A stretch of 64,000 nucleotides of DNA, taken from Squalus acanthias (lineage: Eukaryota). Position 1 is the first letter of the stretch; every line of letters starts with the position of its first letter. Shown piece by piece: positions 24,058 to 37,084 of the stretch. Below the pieces are notes generated by a model that did no database searches, was not told the DNA's origin, and saw only the letters and a program-made list of their open reading frames with translations. The stretch covers positions 73,842,001 to 73,906,000 of the forward strand of contig CM059436.1 in NCBI GenBank assembly GCA_030390025.1, read 5' to 3'. The position numbers and the translations under genes were made by a program.

Positions 24058-24928
24058 CACAACAGCAACTTGTATTTCTATAGCACCTTTAACGTAGTAA
24101 AACGTCATAAGGCGCTTCACAGTAGTATTATAAGACAAAAAAAATTGACACTGAGCCACATAAGGAGAAATTAATGCAGGTGACAAAGCTTGATCGAAAG
24201 GTAGGTTTTAAGGAGTGTCTTAAAGGAGGAAAGAGAGGCGGAGAGGTTTAGGGAGGGAATTCCAGAGCTTAGGGCCTAGGCAATAGAAGGCACGGCCATG
24301 AATGGTTGAGCGATTCTAATGAGGGATGCTCAAGAGGGCAGAATTAGAGGAGTGCAGATATCTCGGTTGGGGGGGGAGGGTTGTGGGGCTGGAGGAGATT
24401 ACAGAGATGGGGAGGGGCGAGGCCATGGAGGGATTTGAAAACAAGAGCGAGAATTTGAAAACAAGAGCGAGAATTTTGAAATCAAGGCGTTGCTTAACTG
24501 GGAGCCAATGTAGGTCAGTGAGCACGTGGTGATGGGTGAATGTGACTTGGTGCGCGTTAGCACACGGGCAGCCGAGTTTTGGATGACCTCAAGTTTATGT
24601 AGGGTAGAACGTGGGAGGCCAGCCAGGAGTGCTTTGGAATAGTCAAGTCTAGAAGTAACAAAGGCATGGATGAGAGTTTCAGCAGCGGATGAGCTGAGGC
24701 AAGGGTGGAGACGAGCAATGTTACAGAAGTTGAAATAGGCGGTCTTAGTTATGCCGTGGATATGTGATCGGAAGCTCATTTCAGGGTCAAATGACACCAA
24801 GGTTGCGAACAGTGTGGTTCGGCCTCAGACAGATGTTAGGGAGAGGGATGGAGTCAGTGGCTAGGGAACGGAGTTTGTGGCGGGGACCGAAAACAATGGC
24901 TTCGGTCCTCACAATATTTAATTGGAGA
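24058..24928 (-). mobile_element. L2 LINE 3' portion
   Basis: AETLIHAFVTSRLDYSKALL..IQNSAARVL, LHWLPVKQR; CAA-type tail. Confidence 0.9.
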
Positions 24929-25744
24929 ATGATATGTGTCACCATAAATGTGACAGTGCGCTGCCTCATCCTCCTGTCCACAGAATGGACACTCATCATA
25001 TCCCATGGGTTGGTGGTTTCACCAAATTGATACTGGCTGGAGGTGTGGAGCTTCAGCTGCTGCTGCATACTTCTCTACAACCCAGTCAGAGTTGGTATGA
25101 GTGGATGTTTACAGGTAACACATTCCAACAACATTCATTGTATGTCTCAAGTTTCCTTATCAACTATAAGCTGGTCTTTGATATACGCAATGTCTTTAAG
25201 CAGTAGACATACAGAGAAATAAACAATATTACCCCGTGTTCCCCATGGAAGACAGGTAACCTTCATCAATCCTTTTGCTCCTTACTCTATAAATTGTTAA
25301 GGAAAGCGCAAGATCTTTATAGGCTATCTCCCGCGCACACTGTCCTTGCTGATTCATTATGGCATGACAAGTGTTATTGTGAACAAGACCCCCAAAAATT
25401 AGAGAGTTCCTTCAAAACATCAGATGGCAACTTGTTTACTATCTAGGATGTAACTAATCATCCTGAGCTCCATTGTCCTACTTCCTATCAAGAGTGCCTT
25501 GGCTATCTCGTTTCATAATGTGCCCACAAAAATAAGTCAACTCACACATCCTGCACCTCAGCAGAAGCTAAACAGCAGAGTCAGGTAAATTGTACCCATA
25601 CGCATTAAACCATAAAGCATCCTGGGAATTAATAACTTTAACCATTTCTAGCTACTGTACAAATCCACAAGCCATTTATAAGCAAAAAGAAAACAAATAC
25701 CTTATCTTATGTGATTAAACCAAATCCTAACGCTACATATATAT

Positions 25745-28700
25745 GCAAGTGATCCATCCGTGGCTAACTAAAGAAGTTAAGGATAGTACTAGATTAAAGG
25801 AGGCTTATAATGTTGCGAAGAATAGTAGTAAGCCTGAAGATTGGGAGAGCTTCAGAAACCAGCAAAGGATGACCAAAAAATTGATGATAAGGGAGAAAAT
25901 AGAATATCAGAGTAAATTAGCAAGAACTATAAAGACAGATTGTAAGAGCTTCTACAAGTATGTAAAAAGGAAAAGAGTAGCAAAAGTAAGCGTTGGTCCC
26001 TTAGCGGCTGAGACTGGTGAAATTATAAAGGGGAATATAGAAATGGGGGAGACTTTAAGCAAACATTTTGTCTCTGTCTTCACAGTAGAAGACACAAAAA
26101 ATATACGAAAAATACTGGGGAACCAAGGGGCTTAGAGTAATTAATATCAGTAGAGAAAAATACTTGAGAAACTAATGGGACTAAAAGCCAACAAATCCCC
26201 TGGACCTGATGGCCTACATCCTAGGGTTCTAAATGAGATGGCTGCAGAGATAGTGGATGCATTGGTTGTGATCTTCTAGAATCTAGGGAATTTTGGAACG
26301 GTCCCAGCGGATTAGAAGATAGCAAATGTAACCCCACTATTCAAGAAAGGAGGGAAGAGAGAAAACATGGAACTACAGGCCAGTTAGCCTGTCATCAGTC
26401 GTTGGGAAAATGCTGGAATCCATTATTAAGGAAGTGGTAACCGGGCACTTAGAAAATCATAATATGATTAGGCAGAGTCAACATGGTTTTATGAAAAGGA
26501 AATCAGGGTGTAACAAATTTATTAGAGTTTTTTTGAGGATGTAATTAGCAGGTTAGATAAAGGGGAACCAGGTGGATGTAGTATATTTCCAAAAGGCATT
26601 CTATAAGGTGCCACATAAAAGGTTGCTATACAAGATAAGGGCTCATGGGGTTGGGGGTAATATATTAGCATAGCTAGAGGATTGGTTAACGGACAGAAAA
26701 CAGAGAGGAGATAAACGGGTCTGTAACTAGTGGGGTGCCACAAGGATTAGTGCTGGGGCCTCCACTATTTATAACCTATATTAATGACTTAGATGAAGTA
26801 CCGACTGCAATGTATCCAAGTTTGCTGACGATACAAAGCTAGTTGGGAAAGTAAGCTGTGAGGAGGACACAAGGAGCCTGCAAAGGGATATAGACAGGTG
26901 AAGTGAGTGGGCAGTAAGGTAGCAGATGGATTATAATGTGGGGAAATATGCGGTTATTCACTTTGGTAGGAAGAATAGAAAAATAGAATATTTTTTAAAT
27001 GGTAAACTATTAAATGTTGGTGTTCAGAGAGATTTGGGTGTCCTTGTACAGGAAACACAAAGTTTGCCTGCAGTTACAACAAGCAATGAGGAAGGCAAAT
27101 GGCATATTGGCCTTTATTGCAAGGGGGTTGGAGTACAAGAGTAAGGAAGTCTTTTTTAAATTCATTCATGGGATGTGGGCGTCGCTGGCAAGGCCAGCAT
27201 TTATTGCCCATCCCTAATTGCCCTTGAGAAGGTGATGGTGAGCTGCCTTCTTGAACCGCTGCAGTCTGTGTGGTGAAGGTACTCCCACAGTGCTGTTAGG
27301 GAGGGAGTTCCAGGATTTTGACCCAGCGACGATGAAGGAACGGCGATATGCTTCCAAGTCAGGATGGTGTGTGACTTGGAGGGGAACTTGGAGGTGGTGG
27401 TGTTCCCATGCGCCTGCTGTCCTTGTCTTTCTAGGTGGAAGAGGTCGCGGGTTTGGGAGGTGCTGCCGAAGAAGCCTTGGCGAGTTGCTGCAGTGCATCT
27501 TGTAAGTGGTACAAACTGCAGCCAGGGCACACTGGTGGTGGAGGGAGTGAATATTTAAGGTGGTGGATGGAATGCCAATCAAACTGGCTGCTTTGTTCTG
27601 GATGGTGTCGAGCTTCTTGAGTGTTATTGGAGCTGCACTCATCCAGGCAAGTGGAGAGTATTCCATCACACTCCTTACTTGTGCCTTGTAGATGGTGGAA
27701 AGGGTTTGAGCAGTCAGGAGGTGAGACACTCGCCACAGAATACCTAGCCTCTGACCTGCTCTTGTTGCCACAGTATTTATGTGTTGGGTCCAGTTAAGTT
27801 TCTGGTCAATGGTGAACCCCAGGATGTTGATGGTGGGGGATTCGGCGATGCTAATGCCATTGAATGTCAAGGGACGGTGGTTAGACTCTCGCCTGGCACT
27901 TGTGTGGCGCGAATGTTACTTGCCACTGATCAGCCCAAGCTTGAACGTCGTCCAAGTCTTGTTGCATGCAGGCATGGACTGCTTCATTATCTGAGGAGTT
28001 GTGAATGGCACTGAACACTGTGCAATCATCAGCGAACATACCCATTTCTGATCTTATGTTGGAGGGAAGGTCATTGATGAAGCAGCTGAAGATGGTTGGG
28101 CTGAGGACACTGCCCTGAGGAACTCCTGCAGTGATGTCCTGGGGCTGTGATGATTGACCTCCAACCACCACAACCATCTTCCTTTGTGCTGGGTATGACT
28201 CCAGCCAGTGGAGAGCTTTCCACCCCGATTCCCATTGACTTCAGTTTTACTTGGGCTCCTTGATGCCACACTCTTTCAAATGCTGCCTTGATGTCAAGGG
28301 CAGTCTCTCTCAACTCACCTCTGGAATTCAGCTCTTTTGTCCATGTTTGGACCAAGGCTGTAATGAGGTTGGGAGCCGAGTGGTCTTGGCAGAACTCAAA
28401 CTGGGCATCAGTGAGCAGGTTATTGGTGAGTAAGTGCCGCTTGATAGCACTGTCGATGACACCTTCCATCACTTTGCTGATGATTGAGAGTAGACTGATG
28501 GGGTGGTAATTAGTCGGATTGGATTTGTCCTGCTTTTTGTGGACAGGACATACCTGGGCAGTTTTCCACATTGTCTGATAGATGCCAGTGTTGTAGCTAT
28601 ACTGGAACAGCTTGGCTAGAGGCGCGGCTAGTTCTGGAGCACGGGTCTTCAGCAAGCCAGCTGGGATGTTGCCCATAGCCTTTGCTGTATCCAGTGTGCT

Positions 28701-29845
28701 CAGCCGTTTCTTGATATCACGTGGAGTGAATCGAATTGGCTGAAGACTGGCTTCTGTAAGGATGCCGATATGGATCATCCACTCGGCACTTCTGGCTGAA
28801 GATGGTTGCAAATGCTTCAGCCTTGTCTTTTGCACTCACGTGCTGGGCTCCACCATCATTGAGGATGGGGATATTCTTGGAGCCTCCTCCTCCCGTTAGT
28901 TGTTAAATGGTCCACCACCATTCACGACTGGATGTGCCAGGACTGCAGAGCTTTGATCTGATCCATTGGTTGTGGGATCTCTTAGCCCTGTCTATAGCAT
29001 GCTGCTTCTGCTTTTTAGCATGCATGTAGTCCTGTGTTGCAACTTCCCCAGGTTGCCACCTTAATTTTAGGTACACCTGGTGCTGCTCCTGGCATGCTCT
29101 TCTGCACTCCTTATTGAACCAGGGTTGGTCCCCTGGCTTAATGGTAATGGAAGAGTGATGGATATGCCGGGCCATGAGGTTACCGATTGTGGCGGAATAC
29201 AATTCTGCTGCTGCTGATGGTCCACAGCGCCTCATGGATGCCCAGTTTTGAGCTGCTAGATCTGTTCTGAATCTATCCCATTTAGCACTGTGGTAGTGCC
29301 ACACAACACGCTGGAGGGTGTCCACAGTGTGAAGACGGGACTGCGTCTCCACAATGACTGTGCAGTGGTCACTGCTACCAATACGGTCATGGACAGATGC
29401 ATCTGCGACAGGTAGATTGGTGAGGATGCGGTGAAGTAGGTTTTTCCCTTGTGTTGGTTCTCTCCCCACCTGTCACAGGCCCAGACGAGCAGCTGTGTCC
29501 TTCAGAACTCAGCCAGATTGGTCAGTAGTGGTGCTACCAAGCCACTCTTGCTTATGGACATTGAAGTCCCCCACCCAGAGTACATTCTGTGCCCTTGCTA
29601 CTCTCAGTGCTTCTTCCAAGTGGTGTGGATTGTACAGGGCTTTGGTGAGACCACACCTGTAGTACTGTGCACAGTTTTGGTCTCCTTATCTGAGAAAGGA
29701 CATATATGCCTTAGAATTGGTGCAACAAAGGTTCACCTGGATTGATCCCTGGGATGAGAGGGTTGTCCTATGAGGAGAGATTGAGTAGTTTGGGTCTATA
29801 CTCTCTGGAGTTTAGAGGAATGAGAGGTGATGTCTTTGAAACGTA
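25745..29845 (+). mobile_element. HER1/CR1 LINE ORF2 remnant split by another LINE
   Basis: ORF2 stops at LEYKSKEV (~27150) and resumes LYRALVRPH (~29630). Confidence 0.85.
27155..29622 (-). mobile_element. Poly(A)-tailed Jockey-group (CR1/L2-related) LINE, degenerate APE-RT
   Basis: ORFs with [45 protein letters not shown]. Confidence 0.85.
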
Positions 29846-29904
29846 AGATTCTACCATCATATCCCACAGGTTAACCCATTGTTTGAGATGGTAGATATGT
29901 GCAC

Positions 29905-30085
29905 TAGATCCCCAGGTGAGTTTGCTATGATGTTGGGAGAGCTCCTTGCTCTGCTTTGCATAGTGCCATGGGATCTTTAATGTCCACCTCAACCAGGAAG
30001 ACAGAGCCTTGGTTTAACGTCTCATTTGAAGAATGGCATTTCCGACAATGCAGCGCTCCTTCAGTACTACATTATGTGCTCAAAT
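29905..30085 (-). mobile_element. Deu-domain SINE fragment
   Basis: TAGTGCCATGGGATCTTT..GGTTTAACGTCTCAT. Confidence 0.65.
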
Positions 30086-30761
30086 CCTGGAGGGATGAGT
30101 GAAACCGCAACCACAGCAATGTGGTTGACTCTTAGCTGCCCTCTGAAATGGCCTAGCAAGCCACTCAGTTGTACACAATCGCTACGAAAAACAATAAGAA
30201 TAAAACTGGACGGACCACCCAGCATCGACCTCGGCACCGGCTGCAGACATGACAACGGCACACACAGCCCAGTCGATCCTGTAAAGTCCTCCTCCCTAAC
30301 ATCTGGGGACTTGTGCCAAAATTGGGAGAGCTGTCCCACAGACTAGTCAAGCAACAGCGTGACATAGTCATACTCACAGAATCATACCTTTCAGCAAATG
30401 TCCCAGATTCCTCCTTCAGCATCCATCCCACCGACAGGACAGACCCACCAGAGGTGGCGGCACAGTGGTATACAGTCAGAGGGAGTGGCCCTGGGAGTCC
30501 TCAACATTGACTCTGGACACCATGAAGTCTCATGGATTCAGGTCAAGCATGGGCAAAAAAACCTTCTGCTGATTTCAGCAGCTGCGGAAGGGCGGTAGGT
30601 GGTAATCAGTACTCCTCCATGTTGAACATCACTTGGGAGAAGCAAGGGCACAGAATGTACTCTGGGTGGGGGACTTCAGTATCATCACCAAGAGTGGCTC
30701 GGTAGCACCACTACTGACCGAGCTGGCCGAGTCCTGAAGGACATAGGTGCCAGACTGCACT

Positions 30762-31783
30762 CGCCTGGTTCCATTCTTATCTATCTAATCGTAGCCAGAG
30801 AATCACCTGCAACGGCTTCTCTTCCTGCTCCTGCATCGTTACCTCTGGCGTCCCCCAAGGATCTATCCTTGGCCCCCTCCTATTTCTCATCTACATGTTG
30901 CCCCTTGGCGACATCATCCGAAAACACAGCGTCAGTTTCCACATGTACGGTGACGACACCCAGCTCTACTTCACCACCACTTCTCTCGACCCCTCCACAG
31001 TCTCTAAATTGTCAGACTGCTTGTCCGTCATCCAGTTCTGGATGAGCATAGATTTTCTCCAATAAAATATTGGCAAGACCGAAGCCACTGTTTTCGGTCC
31101 CCACCACAAACACCGTCCCCTAGCCACTGACTTCATCCCTCTCCCTAACATCTGTCTGAGGCTGAACCACACTGTTTGCAACCTTGGTGTCATATTTGAC
31201 CCTGAAATGAGCTTCCGACCACACATCCGCAGCATAACTAAGACCGGCTATTTCCACCTCCGTAACATCGCCCGTCTCCGCCCTTGCCTCAGCTCATCTG
31301 CTGCTGAAACCCTCATCCATGCCTTTGTTACCTCTAGACTTGACTATTCCAAAGCACTCTTGGCTGGCCTCCCACATTCTACCCTACGTAAACTTGAGGT
31401 CATCCAAAACTCGGCTGCCCATGTCCTAACTCGCACCAAGTCCTGTTCGCCCATCACCCCGTGCTCGCTGACCTGCATTGGCTCCCAGTTAAGCCACGCC
31501 TCGATTTCAAAATTCTCATCCTTGTTTTCAAATCCCTCCATGGCCTCGCCCCTCCCTATCTCTCTCATCTCCTTCAGCCCACTGCCCCGGGAGATATCTG
31601 TGCTCCTCTAATTCTGCCCTTTTGAGTATCCCTTAAAACCTACATCTTTGACCAAGCTTTTGGTCATCTGCCCTAATTTCTGCTTGTGGCTTGGTGTCAA
31701 CTTTTTTGTCTTTTAATACTCCTGTGAAGTGCCTTGGGGCATTTTACTACATTAAAGATGCTATATAAATACAAGTTGTTGTT
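30762..31783 (+). mobile_element. L2 LINE 3' portion
   Basis: [42 protein letters not shown]; tail CAAGTTGTTGTTG. Confidence 0.9.
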
Positions 31784-33385
31784 GACTAGGACTGCGGCAG
31801 GTATAAGCGAACCAACAGGAGGGAAAAACCTACTTGACCTCGTCCTCAGCAAATTACCTGTCACAGATGCATCTGTCCATGACAGTATTGGTAGCAGTGA
31901 CCACCGCACAGTCCTTGTGGAGACGAAATCCCATTTTCACACTGAGGACACTCTCCATCGTGTTGTGTGGCACTAAATGGGATAGATTCAGAACAGATCT
32001 AGCAGCTCAAAACATGAGGCGTTGTGGGTCATCAGCATCAGCAGAATTGTATTCCACCACAATCTGTAACCTCATGGCCCAGCATATCCCTCACTCTACC
32101 ATTACCATCAAGCCAGGGGACCAATGAGGAGTGCAGAAGAGCATGCCAGGAGCAGCACCAGGTGTATCTAAAAATGAGGTGCCAACCTGGGGAAGCTGCA
32201 ACACAGGACTACATGCATGCTAAACAGCGGAAGCAGCATGCTATAGACAGGGCTAAGAGATCCCACAACCAATGGATCAGATCAAAGCTCTGCAGTCCTG
32301 GCACATCCAGTCGTGAATGGTGGTGGACCATTAAACAACTAATGGGGGGAGGAGGAGACTCCATGAATATCCTCATCCTCAATGATGGCAGAGCCTTGCA
32401 TGCGAGTGCAAAAGACAAGACTGAAACTTTTGCAACCATCTTCAGCACAGAAATGCCGAGTGGATGATTCATATTGGCCTCCTCCTGAGGTCCCCACCAC
32501 CACAGAAACCAGTCTTCAGCCAATTCGATTCACTCCATGTGATATCAATAAATGGCCGAGCGCACTGGATACAGCAAAGGCTATGGGCCCTGAAAAATCC
32601 CGGCTGTCGTGCTGAAGACTTGTGCTCCAGAACTAGCTGCGCCTCCAGCAAAGCTATTCCAATACAGCTACAGCACTGGCATCTACCTTTCAATGTGGAA
32701 AATTGCCGAATTATGTCCTGTCCACAAAAAGCAGGACAAATCCAATCCGGCCAATTACCGTCCCATCAGTCTACTCTCAATCATCAGCGAAGTGATGGAA
32801 GGTGTTGTCGACAGTGCTATCAAGCGGCACTTACTCACCAATAACCTGCTCACTGATGCTCAGTTTGGGTTCCACCAGGGCCACTCGGCTCCAGATCTCA
32901 TTACAGCCTTGGTCCAAACATGGACAAAAGAGCTGAATTCCAGAGGTGAGGTGAGAGTGACTGCCCTTGACATCAAGGCAGCATTTGACCAGTGTGACAT
33001 CGAGGAGCCCTAGTAAAATTGAAGTCAATGGGAATCGGGGGGAGGGGGGGGGGAAACTCTCCACTGGCTGGAGTCATACCTAGCACAAAGGAAGGTGGTT
33101 ATGGTTGTTGGAGGCTAATCATCTCAGCCCCAGGACATCGCTGCAGGAGTTCCTCAGGGCAGTGCATCTTCAGCTGCTTCATCAATGACCTTCCCTCCAA
33201 CATAAGGTCAGAAATGGGGATGTTCACTGATGATTGCACAGTGTTCAGTTCCATTTGCAACTCCTCAGATAATGAAGCAGTCCATGCCCGAATGCAGCAA
33301 GAGCTGGATGACCTTCAGTCTTGGGCTGATAAGTGGCAAGTAACATTCGTGCCCCACAAGTGCCAGGCAATGACTATCTCCAACA

Positions 33386-33444
33386 CTTGTAAAATTAAAT
33401 AAATCTGTTGGACTATAACCTGGTGTTGTGCGACTTCTCATTTT
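33386..33444 (+). mobile_element. 59-bp Penelope-like 3' end insertion
   Basis: 11-bp TSD TATCTCCAACA (33375-33385, 33445-33455); matches 11464-11521 without substitutions. Confidence 0.8.
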
Positions 33445-33703
33445 TATCTCCAACAAGTGAGAGTCTAACCACCGCTCCATGACATTACCATCGCCGAACC
33501 CCACCACCATCAACATCCTGGGTGTCACCATTGACCAGAAACTTAACTGAACCAGCCACATAAATACTGTGGCAACAAGAGCAGGTCAGAGGCTAGTTAT
33601 TATGCGGCGAGTGTCTCACCTCCTGACTCCCCAAAGCCTTTCCACCATCTACAAGGCACAAGTCAGGAGTGTGATGGAATACACTCTACTTGCCCGGATG
33701 AGT

Positions 33704-34325
33704 GTTAAGGGCAGAAAAGGGGAAGACTTTCTGAAGTGTGTTCAGGAGAACATTCTTGATCAGTATGTTTCCAGCCTGACGAGGGAGGAGGCATTGCTGG
33801 ATCTGGTTCTGGGGAATAAGGTAGGTCAAGTGGAGCAAGTGTCAGTAGGTGAACATTTAGGGAACAGTGATCATAGTATCATAAGGTTACTTCAGTTACG
33901 TTGATGGACTGGAGAAGCTGTGGTTGTTCTCCTTGGAGCAGAGAAGATTGAGAGGCGATTTGAGAGAGGTGTTCAAAATCATGAGGGGTCTGGCCAGAGT
34001 AGATAGAGGGAAACTGTTCCCATTGGCAGAAGGGTCGAGAACCAGAGGACACAGATTTAAGGTGATTGGCAAAAGAGCCAAAGGCGATGTAAGAAAAAAC
34101 TTTATTACGCAGCGAGTGGTTAAGATCTGGAATGCACTGCCTGAAAGGGTAGTGGAGGCAGATTCAATCACGGCTTTCAAAAGGGAGTTGGATAAGTATC
34201 TGAAGGAAAGAAACTTGCAGGGCTATGGGGAAAGGGCGGGGGAGTGGGACTAGCTGAAGTGCACTTGCAGAGAGCCGGCACGGGCTCGATGGGCCGAATG
34301 GCGGCCTTCGTGCTGTAACCATTCT
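33704..34325 (+). mobile_element. Internally deleted CR1 (endonuclease fragment joined to 3' end)
   Basis: EALLDLVL..HLGNSDH followed directly by FSLEQRRLRGDL..WNALP and the ATTCTATG tail. Confidence 0.8.
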
Positions 34326-34947
34326 ATGAGGTGCTGTTCCAACAACATTGAAGTGTGACACCATCCAGGACAAAGCAGCCTGCTTGATTGGCACCCCCTC
34401 CACCACCTTAAACATTCACTCCCTGCACTACCGGCGCACCGTGGCTGCAATGTGTACCATCTACAAGATGCACTGCAGCCACTCGCCAAGGCTTCTTCGG
34501 CAGCACCTCCCAAACCTGCAACTTCTACCACCTAGAAGGACAAGGGCCGCACAAGCATGGGAACACCATCACCTGCAAGTGCCCCTCCAAGTTACCCACC
34601 ATCCTGACTTGGAAATATATCGCCATTCCTTCATCGTCGCTGGGTCAAAATCCTGGAAGTCCCGCCCTAACAGCACTGTGGGAGTACCTTCACCACACGG
34701 ACTGCAGCAGTTCAAGAAGGCGGCTCACCACCACCTTCTCGAGGGCAATTAGGGATGGGCAATAAATGCTGGCCTTGCCAGCGATGCCCACATCCCAGGA
34801 ACAAATAAAAAAAAAAGCTTGCAAGTTCGATTTTGGATCCTATGCACATTTTGTGCAAGGTTGAAAAAAATTCAAACTCAAGACTCAAACCACTGCTTTA
34901 CTAAGAATTTGTTAGTTGTGCAAAAACCCATTTCAGTTTGAAAATAT

Positions 34948-35068
34948 GTCATCGACCTGAAACGTTAACTCTGTTTCTCTCTCCACAGAGGCTGCCTGAC
35001 CTGCTGAGTGTTTCCAGCATTTTCTGTTTTTATTTCAGATTTCCAGCATCCGCAGTATTTTGCTTATG
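34948..35068 (+). mobile_element. Penelope-like pLTR 3' fragment (second family)
   Basis: GACCTGAAACGTTAACTCTG..GCTGCCTGACCTGCTGAG..CAGCATTTTCTG; related pieces at ~2000-2075 and 38160-38245 (minus strand). Confidence 0.6.
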
Positions 35069-35863
35069 TAAATTTAGGACTTAATAAATTCTTCTTTATG
35101 TAAGGTCTAATAGAACTATTAATAACTAATTAACTAATTTCTATACAGAAAAAATACTTGTGTTACAGGGGGTTCGTGGAATTTTTATAACATGCAAGGG
35201 GCGCCTCCTTGGCAAAATGGTTGAGAACCCCTAGCTTAAAGTGAAATGCCGAGAATATTGATACAATAAAAACCATGTGCATTGATATCCCTCTGTTTTC
35301 TTTTCAGTATTGAACACCAAAATAATTTCAATGCAGTTGTAAGCACTTTTCCAGAAATGCTTTGGTGTTCAAAGTATACGGGGATAGGGCAGGGGAATGG
35401 GACTAGCTGAATTGCTCTTGCAAGAGAGCCGGCATGGGCTTGATGGGCCGAATGGCCTCCTACTGTGCTGTAATGATTCTATGATTCTATAAAATATTGC
35501 ACTGGTGACTGAACAGTGTGTTCTAGTAAAGTACCCTGTTCTATTGGCAATGTTGAACTGTGGTGAAAAGTGTTTCTATCCAAAATGAATGTACTTTATT
35601 TCACCTTGTATGTAAAAACATTTATCAATTTCCAAATTTAAAGTAGATTTCTACAATACCTTACAATAGGCTCATTGCAGGGTAAATGTGAACATTTTTG
35701 GAACTTTGCGTAAATGGTTAAATGTGGTGAGCTCTTAAGTCCTGAAACCAGCCTTGTTCCCAAAATATGAGTTAAAGAGATATCAATGCACATGGTTTTT
35801 ATTGTAGCAAATTAATGGGTGATGACTTTGAAGATTTTAATTATTTTTTCCCCCTCCCAATAG

Positions 35864-35977
35864 ATCCCAGAAGGAAGTTCAGGAGATTCCGGGCGAGAGC
35901 GGCTAAAGACGTTTACGTATGACTATTCTTACTGTTCTGCTGATTGCAGGAGTCCCAAGTTTGTGTCTCAGGAAAGG
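35864..35977 (+). CDS. KIF16B: KIF16B coding exon 3
   Basis: aatag acceptor; IPEGSSGDSGRERLKTFTYDYSYCSADCRSPKFVSQER; donor GTATGT; 114 nt. Confidence 0.95.
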
Positions 35978-37084
35978 GTATGTTTTTCCTATGATGATCA
36001 AATGCACTTTATTTCATATTTCCCTACCCCACAAAAAAATTGAGAGGTATAGATCATCATGCAAATAATTGAATACAAATTGTAATTACAGGATAGAGTA
36101 CAAATTTGAAAAGCCTCTAGTGAGAATAGAGATCAGAGGTTCTTTTTACAACAGAGAAGCAGTAATGTGGAACAGATTCCAAGCAAAATTTGTGGTTGCA
36201 ATGTCTTAACCTCTTTATATATAAAAAAACCCCCAGAATATCTGAAAGAATGGAATTCAATGATGCAAGGATGAATACAGGGGACACTGCTTGGAATAAA
36301 ATGGTCATGTACTGCTGTAGCCATGCAACTAGTCAGAATCGTATGCATGAGTTAAAGTTGGATTAACATCCTGGAGTTCTGCTTGCACATCTTTGGGGGA
36401 CAGCAGGAAATTTTCAGAGGTTATTTTGTTGGAGGTTTGCCTGGTGGGGAAGCGGGTTGGAGGTTGGTTGTTTACTTCGGAGACTGAGGGCTGGATTTTC
36501 CTCCAATATACTGCCTGATTTTTGGGTACTGTAGCAGCTCATGATCAAAGGATAGGGGGCTTACCGCCATATCCCTACCTCTACCAGCACTCCTCTTGAT
36601 TTTCCGCCCTCAAAATTCTTTCCCCAGCCCAGCAGGGGAGATGGCTGGCATGTAAGTAATGGCAGGGATATAGAGCACAGAAGCCTGCCTGATTTCTCTG
36701 TCTTTCTGTCACTACTACAGCTGACTCTAGAGACTGCCAGGAGAAGGGGTGGCAGTAGCCCCTGGGGCATTGATGGAAGGTGTGCTTGAATGCCTTTTCA
36801 GAGGGGGGAGGTCCCATTAGTGGGCACCTCTTCCTCACCCGTTTACCCGATGAAAGCTTCAGCCCAGTCAGAGATCTAAAAGCAAAATTGGGTGTAGAGC
36901 TTCAAGTCCCTTTTAAAATGTTTTGGTCCTCCTCTTCTGTTGCTGCAGCAGGTATCTCCAGATTTTGCAGCCTGACAGCAGCCGGTTACTAGATAAACGG
37001 CCATCATGGTTACCTGATTGTAGCCTGTGAAGGAAAAAAAATTGTATTTATTCTCTGGAAGAATAGGATTGATACATTTTTAAC

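Larger units (their letters stand above)
30111..34817 (+). mobile_element. Near full-length copy of the same Jockey-group LINE with three nested insertions
   Basis: APE start NIWGLVPKLGEL..DIVILTESYL, RT motifs, 3' end GGGCAATAAATGCTGGCC..A-tail; interrupted by L2 (30762-31783), Penelope-like (33386-33444) and CR1 (33704-34325) inserts. Confidence 0.85.

Noticed and set aside
24930-25110. Minus-strand peptide YDECPFCGQEDEAAHCH (zinc-knuckle-like)
   Set aside because: Short, preceded by an in-frame stop and without splice signals; at most an old LINE remnant.
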